Source of the DNA: Gammaproteobacteria bacterium
GTDB lineage: Bacteria > Pseudomonadota > Gammaproteobacteria > Francisellales > CACEW01
Assembly (NCBI GenBank): GCA_020050355.1
Contig: JAGVKT010000117.1
Span: forward strand, 12,787 to 76,786
DNA: 64,000 nucleotides
Direction of reading: 5' to 3'
The notes beneath the pieces were generated by a model. That model worked only from the letters and a program-made list of their open reading frames with translations. It was not told where the DNA came from and did not search any database. Position numbers and translations under genes: made by a program. Below are positions 37,114 through 46,877 of this stretch, one piece after another; the first letter of the stretch is position 1, and the number at the start of each line of letters is the position of its first letter.

Positions 37114-37758
37114 TTAAAACCCTTGATTGGTTTTTGGGATGCTATATTTGCATCGTCGGATTTGTTGGCGGTATATATTAGCATGTGCTTGTACTTCTTT
37201 AGCGATTTCAAGGAGCCAAGGTTTTTGTAGGTAAGTTTGATTTCCATATCCAGCTAAGCCTTCGTGATAAGCAAGATAGAGATGATAGGCATCATGCAAA
37301 GAAATTTTATATTTTTGATGTGCTTTATAAGAATACCAGCCTATGAATTCAGATGAATCGCCAAAGCGATCTCGATGGCAGCGATAATTATGTGTTTGTT
37401 TTTGGTATTCGATCCAAGTTTTGTTTAAAGCCTGTGCGTAGCCATATGCTGAAGTGATGTGGCCCCAAGTAGGAATGAACCCTAAAAATTTTTTTCTAGG
37501 GGGTTTGGCGCCGGCCTGGAAATCAGATTCGCGTTGGATAATAGCAAGTTGCACGCTTATGGGTACGCCCCATGATTTATATGTATTGAGTGCCTCCCAA
37601 TACCAATCAGGATTTTTTTGAAAAATTTTACAGGCATTGTTGGTTGTTTCTTTAGTCATGGGAGTTGTTGTCGCACAAGCGCTCAAGAAACAGCAACTAC
37701 TAAGTAGCAAGCTGTATATTGTCCCGCGTAGACTAATGGCAAGTAGTGATTGTTCCAT
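37114..37758 (-). CDS. Lipoprotein with a transglycosylase (SLT-like) domain
   Basis: 214 aa with a lipobox (FLSAC). The AIIQRESDF...GYAQA segment resembles a lytic transglycosylase catalytic region. Confidence 0.55.
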   Translation of the reverse strand: MEQSLLAISLRGTIYSLLLSSCCFLSACATTTPMTKETTNNACKIFQKNPDWYWEALNTYKSWGVPISVQLAIIQRESDFQAGAKPPRKKFLGFIPTWGHITSAYGYAQALNKTWIEYQKQTHNYRCHRDRFGDSSEFIGWYSYKAHQKYKISLHDAYHLYLAYHEGLAGYGNQTYLQKPWLLEIAKEVQAHANIYRQQIRRCKYSIPKTNQGF

Positions 37759-38248
37759 GGGCCGTAGCTTTAACCTGGGACAATGTGTCTTTATCTATAG
37801 GTGTGTTGGATGTTTGTTTGATTAAATCAGCGGAGAGGTTTGCACCGGTCATGGCGTTTTCGTAAGGTAAAATAAGCTTGGTTAAAGTGGTTTTATTTGT
37901 GAGCGGTAATATTTGTTGTGCGGGATCACCGCAGCTAGGGTTTTGGTTTTTGATGAAATATACTTGGCTTAAGGTATTGTTTTTACATGTAGCAATGAAA
38001 AAATAAGCACCTTTGTTTATCCCAAAATTCCCAGCGTTGCTATCATTGACAGGTAATGTATAGCCATAGACTCTATTTTTTTCATATTTTAATTGTAAAG
38101 AGATAGGAAAATTCCCGCTGTTGAAAAGGTGCGTTGGATCGTTGTAAGTTCCATTCCAAGTTCCAGTTAAGTTAGTGCACAATGTATTTCCTGCAAAGAG
38201 ACTGGTACTTATTGTTAGCGTTATAATTGTTAAGGAAAGTTTTAGCAT
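37733..38248 (-). CDS. Secreted hypothetical protein
   Basis: Start chosen at the internal ATG (38246-38248), which has AAGGAG 6 nt upstream and gives a signal peptide MLKLSLTIITLTISTSLFAG. The ORF track extends to 38368. No family was recognised. Confidence 0.55.
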   Translation of the reverse strand: MLKLSLTIITLTISTSLFAGNTLCTNLTGTWNGTYNDPTHLFNSGNFPISLQLKYEKNRVYGYTLPVNDSNAGNFGINKGAYFFIATCKNNTLSQVYFIKNQNPSCGDPAQQILPLTNKTTLTKLILPYENAMTGANLSADLIKQTSNTPIDKDTLSQVKATAHGTITTCH

Positions 38249-38484
38249 ATGACACTCCTTTGTAAGGATTCCTAATTCTTTTACGATATAACTTTTTTGA
38301 GTAATTTTCAAATCAGGCCATTTGCAGTGCGAATATTTTGCAGGTGCATTAAAAATGATTTTCTGCAATTTAAGAAGTATGGATTGGGTTTTTTATGCTT
38401 TTATTCGTGAAAATGATCTTGTGAAATTATTATTTCATTTAAAATTATCTTTGATAATGCATAAATTAATTTAAAATTGCCTTT

Positions 38485-39435
38485 TTAAGAAGATTGATTG
38501 GTATTTTCTTTATAAAGCGATTCGATAACTTTGTTCGCATTGCCGGCAATGAATCCGGTGAAATAATCTTTCCATTTTGAAGGCGTGGTGTTTTTTGAAT
38601 ATTCAATGGGGTGGCGCCATACAAACTCCATAAAAGGTCCGGTTATGTCAATGGACTGGTGGTGAAGATTAAGTTTGATTTGAGCGCCTATCGTGCTGCT
38701 TTGTTCAATGCCCATTTTGGCAGTGCCTTTGATTTCACCCCCAGTTTGATTTAATGGGAGGTTCAGTTCTGCACTTATGAATTTGTTGAATTCCGTTAAT
38801 GAATTTATCTTGGGGAGTAGGTGTGCTGCAATGGTAAAGTGATTAGGGCATCGGCCAAAAGCGAGGGTCCAGGCCAGTAACTCATTGACTTCAGATACTT
38901 CCCTAAAATGTTCGAGTGAAGGTGTCGGCCAATCGCGCTTGGTAAGGTGATTCGTGATTAAGTTGATTAGTGAGTTGCTTGCGGAGGTGTCGCCGGCGTT
39001 TATTTTTTTTATTAAGGCTTTTATTTTTGTTAAGATTGAATCGTCATTGATCTGTTGGGTATATATTTTGATAATTTTTTTAATTTTTGGTGGTAATTCA
39101 TCTAGGCGGAAATCAGCAAGTACTACTTGAGGTAAGGCTTGTGTTGCCTCAAGCTCAAGTGCATCTACCTCTGCCATCCAAATAAAATCATTTTGCTTTT
39201 CTGGCAGGTAACCTTGGCCCTCAAGGCGATAGCCGATATGGGAAAAAATGGTGGAAAGCATGCTGATGCCAGAGTGTATACTTGGTAAATCTATTATGGC
39301 AAAGTGATCCAGGATAATGGTTTTACCTTGTTTTTCTAAAGATTTTTCAATCAGGTAGGCATCGGGGGTATAGGTCTTGTACAAACGCCATAAGTTGTTG
39401 GTAATTTGAGTTCGTATTTCTTTTAAAAATGCCAT
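38485..39435 (-). CDS. DUF1338-family (HglS-like 2-oxoadipate dioxygenase/decarboxylase fold) protein
   Basis: 316 aa. The LDHFAIIDLP...F..IGY segment resembles the metal-binding DH.A.RT signature of DUF1338. Identification is tentative. Confidence 0.45.
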   Translation of the reverse strand: MAFLKEIRTQITNNLWRLYKTYTPDAYLIEKSLEKQGKTIILDHFAIIDLPSIHSGISMLSTIFSHIGYRLEGQGYLPEKQNDFIWMAEVDALELEATQALPQVVLADFRLDELPPKIKKIIKIYTQQINDDSILTKIKALIKKINAGDTSASNSLINLITNHLTKRDWPTPSLEHFREVSEVNELLAWTLAFGRCPNHFTIAAHLLPKINSLTEFNKFISAELNLPLNQTGGEIKGTAKMGIEQSSTIGAQIKLNLHHQSIDITGPFMEFVWRHPIEYSKNTTPSKWKDYFTGFIAGNANKVIESLYKENTNQSS

Positions 39436-39453
39436 GATGCGTTGTGCTTTAGT

Positions 39454-39921
39454 TTATTCTCGATGATAAGGGTGGCCTTTTAGGATGGATATCGCACGGT
39501 AGACTTGTTCGGTGATGATTAGTTTAACCATTTGATGGGGGAATGTCAGCTGACTCAGTGACCAAATAAAATCTGCGTGCTCTAAGCACTCTTTGCTTAA
39601 ACCTGCTGGTCCACCAATGAGGATAGAGATATTTTGGGCTTCATTTTGCCAATGCTGTAATTTTTGTGAAAGTACTTGCGTGGTTAATTCTTTGCCGTGT
39701 TCATCTAGGCTGATGCAAAAATCTTGAGGATGGAGGGCATTCAGAAGTATTTTACCTTCGGCTATTTTTGCTTGTTCAGTGGGTAATTTGCCGTGGTTTT
39801 TAAGTGGAAATTCAACGAGTTGAAAATTAAATTCACAAGGAATTCGTTGCATGTATTCGTCTAAGCCTTCTTTGATCCAAGAAGGCGTTTTTTGCCCTAA
39901 ACTAATCAACTTGATGCGCAT
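39454..39921 (-). CDS. rlmH: 23S rRNA (pseudouridine1915-N3)-methyltransferase RlmH
   Basis: 155 aa SPOUT protein. The typical RlmH end is present (ILIGGPAGLS...LSQLTFPHQMVKLIITEQVYRAISILKGHPYHRE). Confidence 0.92.
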   Translation of the reverse strand: MRIKLISLGQKTPSWIKEGLDEYMQRIPCEFNFQLVEFPLKNHGKLPTEQAKIAEGKILLNALHPQDFCISLDEHGKELTTQVLSQKLQHWQNEAQNISILIGGPAGLSKECLEHADFIWSLSQLTFPHQMVKLIITEQVYRAISILKGHPYHRE

Positions 39922-39963
39922 GACTTTGTGCCTTTTTAAGGCTTAATGCCTGATGTAGCTAGC

Positions 39964-41796
39964 TTAAGCTTTTCGGCTTTCACGTTTGCGATCGTTTTCG
40001 AGCAGGAATTTTTTACGAATACGAATGCTTTTAGGGGTGACCTCTACCAGCTCGTCATCGTTGATGAATTCTAATGCTTGTTCTAAGGAATGTTTGATTG
40101 CAGGTGTGAGAATAATGTTTTCATCTGAGCCTGAAGCACGCATATTGGTAAGTTGTTTGCCTTTTAATACGTTAACAACTAAATCATTATCGCGGGAGTG
40201 AATGCCTATGATCATGCCTTCGTAAACTTCGACGTTGGGTTCGATCATCATTAAACCACGCTCTTGTAAATTAAATAATGCGTATCCTGCTGCCTTTCCG
40301 GTGGCATTAGAAATTAGCACGCCACGTGTACGGCCGCTTTGAAGGTTCTTTTTCATCGGGCCATATTTTTCAAACACGTGGGTTAAAATACCCGTTCCGG
40401 AAGTAAGGCTCAAAAATTCAGTGCGAAAACCAATTAAGCTGCGTGATGGTGCGACGTAATCTAGGCGCACGCGGCCATTGCCATCGGGTTGCATGTTTTG
40501 TAAATCTGCTAAGCGTGTACCCATGCGCTCCATGACAGCGCCTTGATGTTCTACTTCTACATCAATGGTGACCGCCTCATAGGGTTCTTGCATTTCGCCG
40601 TTTACTTCTTTTAAGATTACTTCGGGGCGTGATACAGCTAGTTCATAACCTTCGCGACGCATGTTCTCAATCAAGATGCCTAAATGTAATTCCCCGCGGC
40701 CTGATACTTTGAATTTATCAGGGTCCTCAGTATCTTCTACTTTTAATGCTACGTTATGAATGAGCTCTTTTTCAAGGCGTTCACGAATTTGGCGTGAGGT
40801 TACAAACTTGCCTTCTTTACCGGCAAACGGGGAGTTATTGACTTGGAAGGTCATGCTTACTGTGGGTTCGTCAACGCTAAGAGGCGTGAGCGCTTCTACG
40901 CATGCAGGGTCGCATAAGGTGTCTGAAATGAAAATTTCTTCTAGGCCGGTGATACAGATAATGTCTCCGGCAAAAGCCTCTGGAACTTCAATGCGCTTTA
41001 AGCCTAAATGTCCCAATATTTGTAAGATTCTGCCTTGACGAGTTTTTCCGTTTGTATCAATAATGGTCACGGGCATGTTTGTGCGAGCTTTGCCGCGGTT
41101 GATTCGACCAATGCCGATAACGCCCACATAGCTTGAATAATCAAGTGATGAAATTTGCATTTGAAAGGGGCCGTTAATGTCAACCTTTGGGGGTGAGACT
41201 TTTTCGATAATTGTTCGAAATAAGGGTTCCATGTTGTCACTTGGCTTGTTTAAATCAAGGGTGGCAAAGCCTTGTAATGCCGAAGCGTACACGATAGGGA
41301 AATCAAGTTGTTTATCAGTTGCTCCTAAGCGTACAAATAGATCAAATACTTGATCAATAACCCAGTTAGGGCGCGCGCCAGGCCGGTCGATTTTGTTAAC
41401 AACTAAAATAGGGCATAAGCCTTGTGCAAAGGCTTTTTGGGTGACAAAGCGTGTTTGCGGCATTGGTCCATCAACCGCGTCTACCAATAATAAAACTGAG
41501 TCGACCATTGAAAGCACCCGTTCTACCTCACCGCCAAAGTCAGCATGTCCTGGAGTGTCCACAATATTGATATGATGATTGTCGTAATTAATGGCAGTAT
41601 TTTTTGCTAAGATAGTAATGCCGCGCTCTTTTTCAAGGTCATTTGAATCCATAACTCGTTCAACTAAGGTCGAGCGTTCGTCGAAGGTACCCGATTGGCG
41701 TAGTAATTTGTCGACAAGGGTGGTTTTGCCGTGGTCAACGTGAGCGATAATAGCAATATTACGTAATTTTTCGGGGCTGTTCATAAAGTATGTCAA
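39964..41796 (-). CDS. typA: Translational GTPase TypA/BipA
   Basis: 610 aa with the G-domain [22 protein letters not shown] and NKID motifs, plus a BipA-specific C-terminus. Confidence 0.96.
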   Translation of the reverse strand: MTYFMNSPEKLRNIAIIAHVDHGKTTLVDKLLRQSGTFDERSTLVERVMDSNDLEKERGITILAKNTAINYDNHHINIVDTPGHADFGGEVERVLSMVDSVLLLVDAVDGPMPQTRFVTQKAFAQGLCPILVVNKIDRPGARPNWVIDQVFDLFVRLGATDKQLDFPIVYASALQGFATLDLNKPSDNMEPLFRTIIEKVSPPKVDINGPFQMQISSLDYSSYVGVIGIGRINRGKARTNMPVTIIDTNGKTRQGRILQILGHLGLKRIEVPEAFAGDIICITGLEEIFISDTLCDPACVEALTPLSVDEPTVSMTFQVNNSPFAGKEGKFVTSRQIRERLEKELIHNVALKVEDTEDPDKFKVSGRGELHLGILIENMRREGYELAVSRPEVILKEVNGEMQEPYEAVTIDVEVEHQGAVMERMGTRLADLQNMQPDGNGRVRLDYVAPSRSLIGFRTEFLSLTSGTGILTHVFEKYGPMKKNLQSGRTRGVLISNATGKAAGYALFNLQERGLMMIEPNVEVYEGMIIGIHSRDNDLVVNVLKGKQLTNMRASGSDENIILTPAIKHSLEQALEFINDDELVEVTPKSIRIRKKFLLENDRKRESRKA

Positions 41797-41975
41797 AGTA
41801 AAAGGTGCAGCATTTTAGCATTGTTGAGCCGTTTATACAAATTTTTTCACTGATTTTTGGGAAGATCTATTTTAGAATGTGGGATGAAAATTGAATACAG
41901 CTTTTGAGTTTTTTCTGTTTATTATTATTTTTAGTGTGTTAAAATATTGCTATTTGATGGTCAGCAGAGGTTGGC

Positions 41976-42488
41976 GTGGTGCAAGAGATTAAAATTGATC
42001 TAAGTGAAGAGCTTTGGAATCAAAACGATACTGAAACCTTTAAGAATGATGAATATCATCAGATGTTGATGGAGCAGTATAAGGTTTATGTTGAAATGGC
42101 CGATCGTGTGAGTGCTCGTAGAAACTTGGCGCAGACTTTTTTTATGACGTTTCATGCCATTATTTTGGGCATTTTGGGTTTGACCTTAAGTCATGAGCAA
42201 ACTATTCATCGTGTGAGCTTTTTGTTGTTTCCTTTATTGGGTCTTTTGGTAATGTGTTATGGTTGGTGGTCTTTGGTACAATATTTTCGCCGTTTAGCAC
42301 GTGCTAAAGGTATGGTCATTGCGGAATTAGAAAAACGCTTGCCTTCACAGCCTAGTATTCAGGCGGAATATAAAGCGATGGGGCGTTTAAATCCTTATGG
42401 TCCTTTAAAGCGCATGGAAGTTATTTTGCCTATTACTTTTGCGTTGCTTTATATTTTTTCTTTTATTTATGCGACACATTTAGCTTAA
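41976..42488 (+). CDS. Small membrane protein of unknown function (3 predicted TM helices)
   Basis: 170 aa with a GTG start. A soluble N-terminal ~55 aa carries the motif YKVYVEMADRVSARRNLAQTFF, followed by hydrophobic helices. Confidence 0.55.
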   Translation: MVQEIKIDLSEELWNQNDTETFKNDEYHQMLMEQYKVYVEMADRVSARRNLAQTFFMTFHAIILGILGLTLSHEQTIHRVSFLLFPLLGLLVMCYGWWSLVQYFRRLARAKGMVIAELEKRLPSQPSIQAEYKAMGRLNPYGPLKRMEVILPITFALLYIFSFIYATHLA

Positions 42489-42489
42489 G

Positions 42490-42864
42490 TTACCAACATT
42501 CTTGATTTTGATTTGTGCTTGTCTGTGTGTCTTTGTCATCAAGGGCTAGTGTCCCGCAGTTATCTTGAAAAGAAGGTTCAGCGCTGATCATAAAAGAATT
42601 TGTGCTGGTGGTTAATCGGTAAGTGTAGTCTTCTTGCGTATTATTAAATCCTAATCTTTCTAATGTTAATTGTGCATAGCCAGAGTTTTGATCTGCATGT
42701 TCTTGTAGGCTTAATGCGATATCTTCAAGATAAAGTTCTGCTTGTTTGCGTTCTAGAAGATGGTGATGTTGTTGATAACCATAGTAACAGCTGCCGCTTA
42801 AAATAATTATAATGCTCATACAAATGCATAGTTCTATTAAGTTGAAGCCTGCTTGCTGATTCAT
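42490..42864 (-). CDS. Type IV pilin-like protein (prepilin N-terminal methylation motif)
   Basis: 124 aa. The N-terminus QAGFNLIELCICMSIIIIL is a G/F(N)xxE class III signal. Confidence 0.75.
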   Translation of the reverse strand: MNQQAGFNLIELCICMSIIIILSGSCYYGYQQHHHLLERKQAELYLEDIALSLQEHADQNSGYAQLTLERLGFNNTQEDYTYRLTTSTNSFMISAEPSFQDNCGTLALDDKDTQTSTNQNQECW

Positions 42865-43313
42865 GTTATTAGGCCTTGTTGACTGACAACTAATTGATAT
42901 TTCAATCCTGATGGCGTGGTAATTGAGAAGGTTCCATCGTTAAAGGTTTGGCCGTGATTTTGAACTAAAAGTCTGTCGTTGGGATATAAAGCATCATAAT
43001 GAATGGTTAGTGTTATAGGCAATGTACCAAAATCTTGTATTAATTCGTTGGTATTGCTTAAAATTAAATGTCCATGCCAATTTTCTTGGCATTGATTTTT
43101 TTGAGATGCACAAATGATCATATCTTCACTGCGAGTCAAGCCGAGGCTTTGAGAGAGATTGATGGCGGCCGTCACTTGCTTTTTGAAAGTTGTAATCTCG
43201 TGAGTTTCATAGAGGTGTGTAAAGCTTTTAACAGAAATAAAAGTCATGAGACTTGTTAAAAAAAGTATGAGTAATAACTCGAGGAGTGAAAATCCAGAAT
43301 TTGATGTTTTCAA
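42861..43313 (-). CDS. GspH/FimT-family minor (pseudo)pilin
   Basis: 150 aa. The N-terminus SGFSLLELLLILFL is a prepilin motif. It overlaps the next pilin gene by 4 nt. Confidence 0.7.
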   Translation of the reverse strand: MKTSNSGFSLLELLLILFLTSLMTFISVKSFTHLYETHEITTFKKQVTAAINLSQSLGLTRSEDMIICASQKNQCQENWHGHLILSNTNELIQDFGTLPITLTIHYDALYPNDRLLVQNHGQTFNDGTFSITTPSGLKYQLVVSQQGLIT

Positions 43314-43357
43314 GAGGTAATATCAAAAATAAATCTGATTAAATTATAATCATTTAT

Positions 43358-45625
43358 TTAAGTTAGAGCAACTCCTTGAGTAACAAGTTGAATTGTTTCT
43401 GCAATGAAAGAACTGTTAAGTTTTTTTAAGATGCTATTCACCCGATCACTATGTTCGAACACTAACAAGATGCCTGCGGATTTTCCGCGCACAGCCCCTG
43501 CGCCAGAAAGTTTTGCTACAATACCATGTTGATATAAATCTAAAATGAGCTGATGGATATTATCAGGCACGACGCCAATGCGTTGCAGTAATAAGTGATT
43601 GCGATGGATGTTTGAAAAGAAAATTTGTTGATTTTGTGTTTTTAGAGCATCGTGAATATTTGTGCTTACTTCATTAAAGGCTTGTAGTAATTCAGTGTCA
43701 TTGAAAAATGAATGTGTGTGCGCGATGCACTCGCCTGTCGAAGATTCGGGGGTGCCGGTATTGATAATGCTTAAAGCCCAATCTGGGAATGTTAATGGTG
43801 CGATTTCTTTTTGGGTGAAATAAATACATCCTCCGTGCATGCTCACTTGTAAATCTAATCCGCTTGAACGGCCGTGTTGTAAATTTTCTGCAGCGAGATT
43901 AAGCTCAAAAAGTTCATGGATGCTGAGTGGTTTATTCATAAAATGACTTAGGGCGTAATTTAGGCTCACGATGGCTGCTGCTGAAGAGCCCATACCACAC
44001 CCTGTGGGGATGGTAGAGCATGTATCTAAAGAAAAGCCTTCTTTGAATTTCAAATTTAATTTATCTATGAATGCGCCGGTGGTGTATTCTAATAAATAAA
44101 AGGGCTCTTTGATTACATCAGTGATAGAGCGCTCTCCTTGTGTGAAGCTATTATGGCGTTCCTGTAATACTTGTTTTAAACGTTTTAAGTGGCGTAAAGT
44201 TCGTTCGCGTTTGTGTTCGAGATTTGCTAGGTTGAATAATACCCTTGGTTTGGATAGAGGGCTGACAGTGGTGGTGCAGAAGCGATCAATGGCGATAGCG
44301 ATGGCTGGTACGCCATGTAAGATGGCATGTTCGCCGGTAAGGATCAGCTTCCCGGGTGCTTTTGCGCTTACCGAGCCGCGGGCTGTGGTTTCGAGTTGTT
44401 CGATGTAGGGTTGTGGGATGCTGATGGCTTTATTTTCAACTTTTTCTGCAACAATGGGTGTGCCATCTGTGTAAATGCGTTGATGCGCTTTTATCGCAGC
44501 TAAGCGGAAGTGACCGGTTTGATGCGTTGGAATTGCTAATTCTGAGCCGTCCGTAGGATAGGTGAAACTGTAATAACTCTCGTAGGTAGCTTGATCTAAA
44601 TTTTTTCGGTGTTCAAGTAAATTTTTGTGGGTGGTAGTTTTTAAATGTGCACTATAGCCGGGCGTAATTTTGACACTAAAAAATTCGCCTATGCAGCCTG
44701 AGCCATAACTATAAAGACCAATGCGTTGATGGGCTAAATCTTGTCGATGCTCGAGTAGCGAGAGTAAGCCAAGATATAAAGAGGCAGTATAACAATTACC
44801 GATAATGCGGCTGTACGTCAAGCTGTCATTTAATTTTTGTGCAATTTCTTGTTCTGATGGCTTTTCTAGATTATTTACCAGTGCGAGTCTTTGATAGGCT
44901 TTTTCTGCTAAACGTGGAATAGGAATGTGAAATAGAAAATAAGCGTGATCTTGATAAGTTCGCTGAGTGTTCTTTTGGTAGTCCTGCCAGGATTCTTTTA
45001 GGGCTTTTAAATAGAGATCTACTGAATGTTTTCCATCTACCAGTGCTTCATCGCGATAATTAGGCCGCCAAAAATCCATGGCATCTTCGGTGTAAATGCC
45101 AGAGCCTGCCTCAAAACTTAAAAGTTTCGGTGTTGTTGAAACGATTAGTGCTACGGCGCCTGCACCTTGTGAAGGTTCTCCGGGCATTCCTAAGCCATAG
45201 CGTGCGATATCTGCAGCGATGATCAGCGCTTTTTGATCAGGATGGTTTTTGGTCCATTCTTGTGCGAGCATGAGTGCCCCTGTCGCGCTGTAACACGCTT
45301 GTTTTAATTCAAGGACACGGCAATGAGGGGAAAGTTTTAATAGTTTGTGAATGTATAAGCCTGCTGCTTTAGATTGATCGATCCCGCTTTCAGTTGCAAA
45401 CAATAATAAGCGAATGCTGTCTTTATCTAAGTTTTTGATGGCTTCTAATGCAGCATTGGCACCAAGTGTGACCACATCTTCATCAGGAGGTGAAACTGCC
45501 ATTTTTTGAATGCCTAAACCAATATGATATTTTTCTTCGGCAACACCTCGTGCTTTAGCCAGTGTAGCTAACTCTAGAAAGTAATGCGATGTGTAGAAGG
45601 AAGCAGATTCAATCCCTATGTGCAT
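43358..45625 (-). CDS. Fusion protein: HMG-CoA synthase (N-terminal ~395 aa) plus mevalonate kinase (C-terminal ~340 aa)
   Basis: The N-terminal half aligns along its length with bacterial MvaS (IGI..ASFY, ESGIDQSKAA, LKQACYSATGAL catalytic Cys, GEPSQGAGAVA, FHIP, GNCYTASLYLGL, YSYGSG). The C-terminal half carries mevalonate kinase / GHMP motifs (APGKLILTGEHAILHG, IPTGCGMGSSAAA, HGRSSGLD). Confidence 0.85.
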   Translation of the reverse strand: MHIGIESASFYTSHYFLELATLAKARGVAEEKYHIGLGIQKMAVSPPDEDVVTLGANAALEAIKNLDKDSIRLLLFATESGIDQSKAAGLYIHKLLKLSPHCRVLELKQACYSATGALMLAQEWTKNHPDQKALIIAADIARYGLGMPGEPSQGAGAVALIVSTTPKLLSFEAGSGIYTEDAMDFWRPNYRDEALVDGKHSVDLYLKALKESWQDYQKNTQRTYQDHAYFLFHIPIPRLAEKAYQRLALVNNLEKPSEQEIAQKLNDSLTYSRIIGNCYTASLYLGLLSLLEHRQDLAHQRIGLYSYGSGCIGEFFSVKITPGYSAHLKTTTHKNLLEHRKNLDQATYESYYSFTYPTDGSELAIPTHQTGHFRLAAIKAHQRIYTDGTPIVAEKVENKAISIPQPYIEQLETTARGSVSAKAPGKLILTGEHAILHGVPAIAIAIDRFCTTTVSPLSKPRVLFNLANLEHKRERTLRHLKRLKQVLQERHNSFTQGERSITDVIKEPFYLLEYTTGAFIDKLNLKFKEGFSLDTCSTIPTGCGMGSSAAAIVSLNYALSHFMNKPLSIHELFELNLAAENLQHGRSSGLDLQVSMHGGCIYFTQKEIAPLTFPDWALSIINTGTPESSTGECIAHTHSFFNDTELLQAFNEVSTNIHDALKTQNQQIFFSNIHRNHLLLQRIGVVPDNIHQLILDLYQHGIVAKLSGAGAVRGKSAGILLVFEHSDRVNSILKKLNSSFIAETIQLVTQGVALT

Positions 45626-45717
45626 AAAAAATTGTTTGTTCCTTTTCTAGGAAGAATGTACGCTAGAATGCTTGCAAGTATAACGAACTCACGGAAAATT
45701 GTCGATTCGAAGAGAGG

Positions 45718-46854
45718 TTATAAAGCGGCTCTTAAAAATTTTATGGTGCTGTGAATATCATCTTCGGTAGTATCGCGGCCAAAAGAAAATCTGAATGAGC
45801 AACTTGCTTCATGTGCAGTTAAGCCCATAGCACGTAATACATGGCTTGGTTCCATGTGGGCAGAAGTACAAGCTGAGCTTTGGCTGATTGCGCATTGTTC
45901 CTCGAGCGCTAAAAGAAAGCTTTCTGGATCAACATCTTTAAAAGTGATGTTACAAATGTAAGGGATGCTCACGTTAAAATCGCTGTTGATTTGGACTTGT
46001 TTTAAATCTTTTAATCCTTCCCAGAATAGCTTTTTTAGGTTAAAAATATGTTTAATTTCTTCTAATATATGTTGTTGACATAGTTCTGCCGCCTTGGTGA
46101 AGCCGGCAATTAAAAATGGTGCGAGCGTACCTGCCCTTAAATTTTGTTCTTGACCACCGCCAAAAAATAGAGGTTCGAGTTGTATTTGTGGATGAGCGCG
46201 CATGTATAGTGCGCCAATACCTTTAGGGCCGTAGATTTTGTGGGCTGAGAAGGACATCAGATCGATATCAAGTTCTTTGACGTTGATGGGTATTTTTCCT
46301 AGTGCCTGTGCGGCATCCACGTGGAAAAATATTTGTTGTTCATGAAGGATTTTTGCAATATCTTTGATGGGATGTAACACGCCAGTTTCGTTGTTTACCA
46401 TCATGACGGTGGCTAAGATAGTATCTTTACGGATTGCTTTTTTTAAAGCTGCTAGGTCAATAGTGCCTTGTGAATTCACCGGTAGATAAGTTACTTCAAA
46501 GCCCTGGCTTTGTAAAAATTTAAGTACGTCTAATACGGCTTTATGTTCGGTTTGAACGCTAATAATGTGTTGTCCACGTTTTTTGTGAAAATGAGCGATG
46601 CCTTGCAAAGCTAGATTGTTTGCCTCGGTGGCGCCTGAGGTATAAATAATTTCAGTAGGATGGGCATGAATTATTTCTGCAAAACGTGAGCGCGCTTGTT
46701 CAACGGCTGAGGCAGCGTTAAAGCCATAAATATGCGTGGTTGAATGTGGATTGCCAAAGATATGGTCTTTATCCAGGTATTGAAGCATTGTAGTAATGAC
46801 TTCAGGTGCAACTGGGGTTGTTGCCGCGTAATCGAGGTAAATGGGCTTTTTCAT
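45718..46854 (-). CDS. Cysteine desulfurase (NifS/IscS-like class V aminotransferase)
   Basis: 378 aa with IYLDYAATTP, the PLP-Lys motif SFSAHKIYGPKGIGALY, and the active-site loop SSACTS. Confidence 0.88.
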   Translation of the reverse strand: MKKPIYLDYAATTPVAPEVITTMLQYLDKDHIFGNPHSTTHIYGFNAASAVEQARSRFAEIIHAHPTEIIYTSGATEANNLALQGIAHFHKKRGQHIISVQTEHKAVLDVLKFLQSQGFEVTYLPVNSQGTIDLAALKKAIRKDTILATVMMVNNETGVLHPIKDIAKILHEQQIFFHVDAAQALGKIPINVKELDIDLMSFSAHKIYGPKGIGALYMRAHPQIQLEPLFFGGGQEQNLRAGTLAPFLIAGFTKAAELCQQHILEEIKHIFNLKKLFWEGLKDLKQVQINSDFNVSIPYICNITFKDVDPESFLLALEEQCAISQSSACTSAHMEPSHVLRAMGLTAHEASCSFRFSFGRDTTEDDIHSTIKFLRAAL

Positions 46855-46877
46855 GGGTTTATTATATCATAGCAAGC

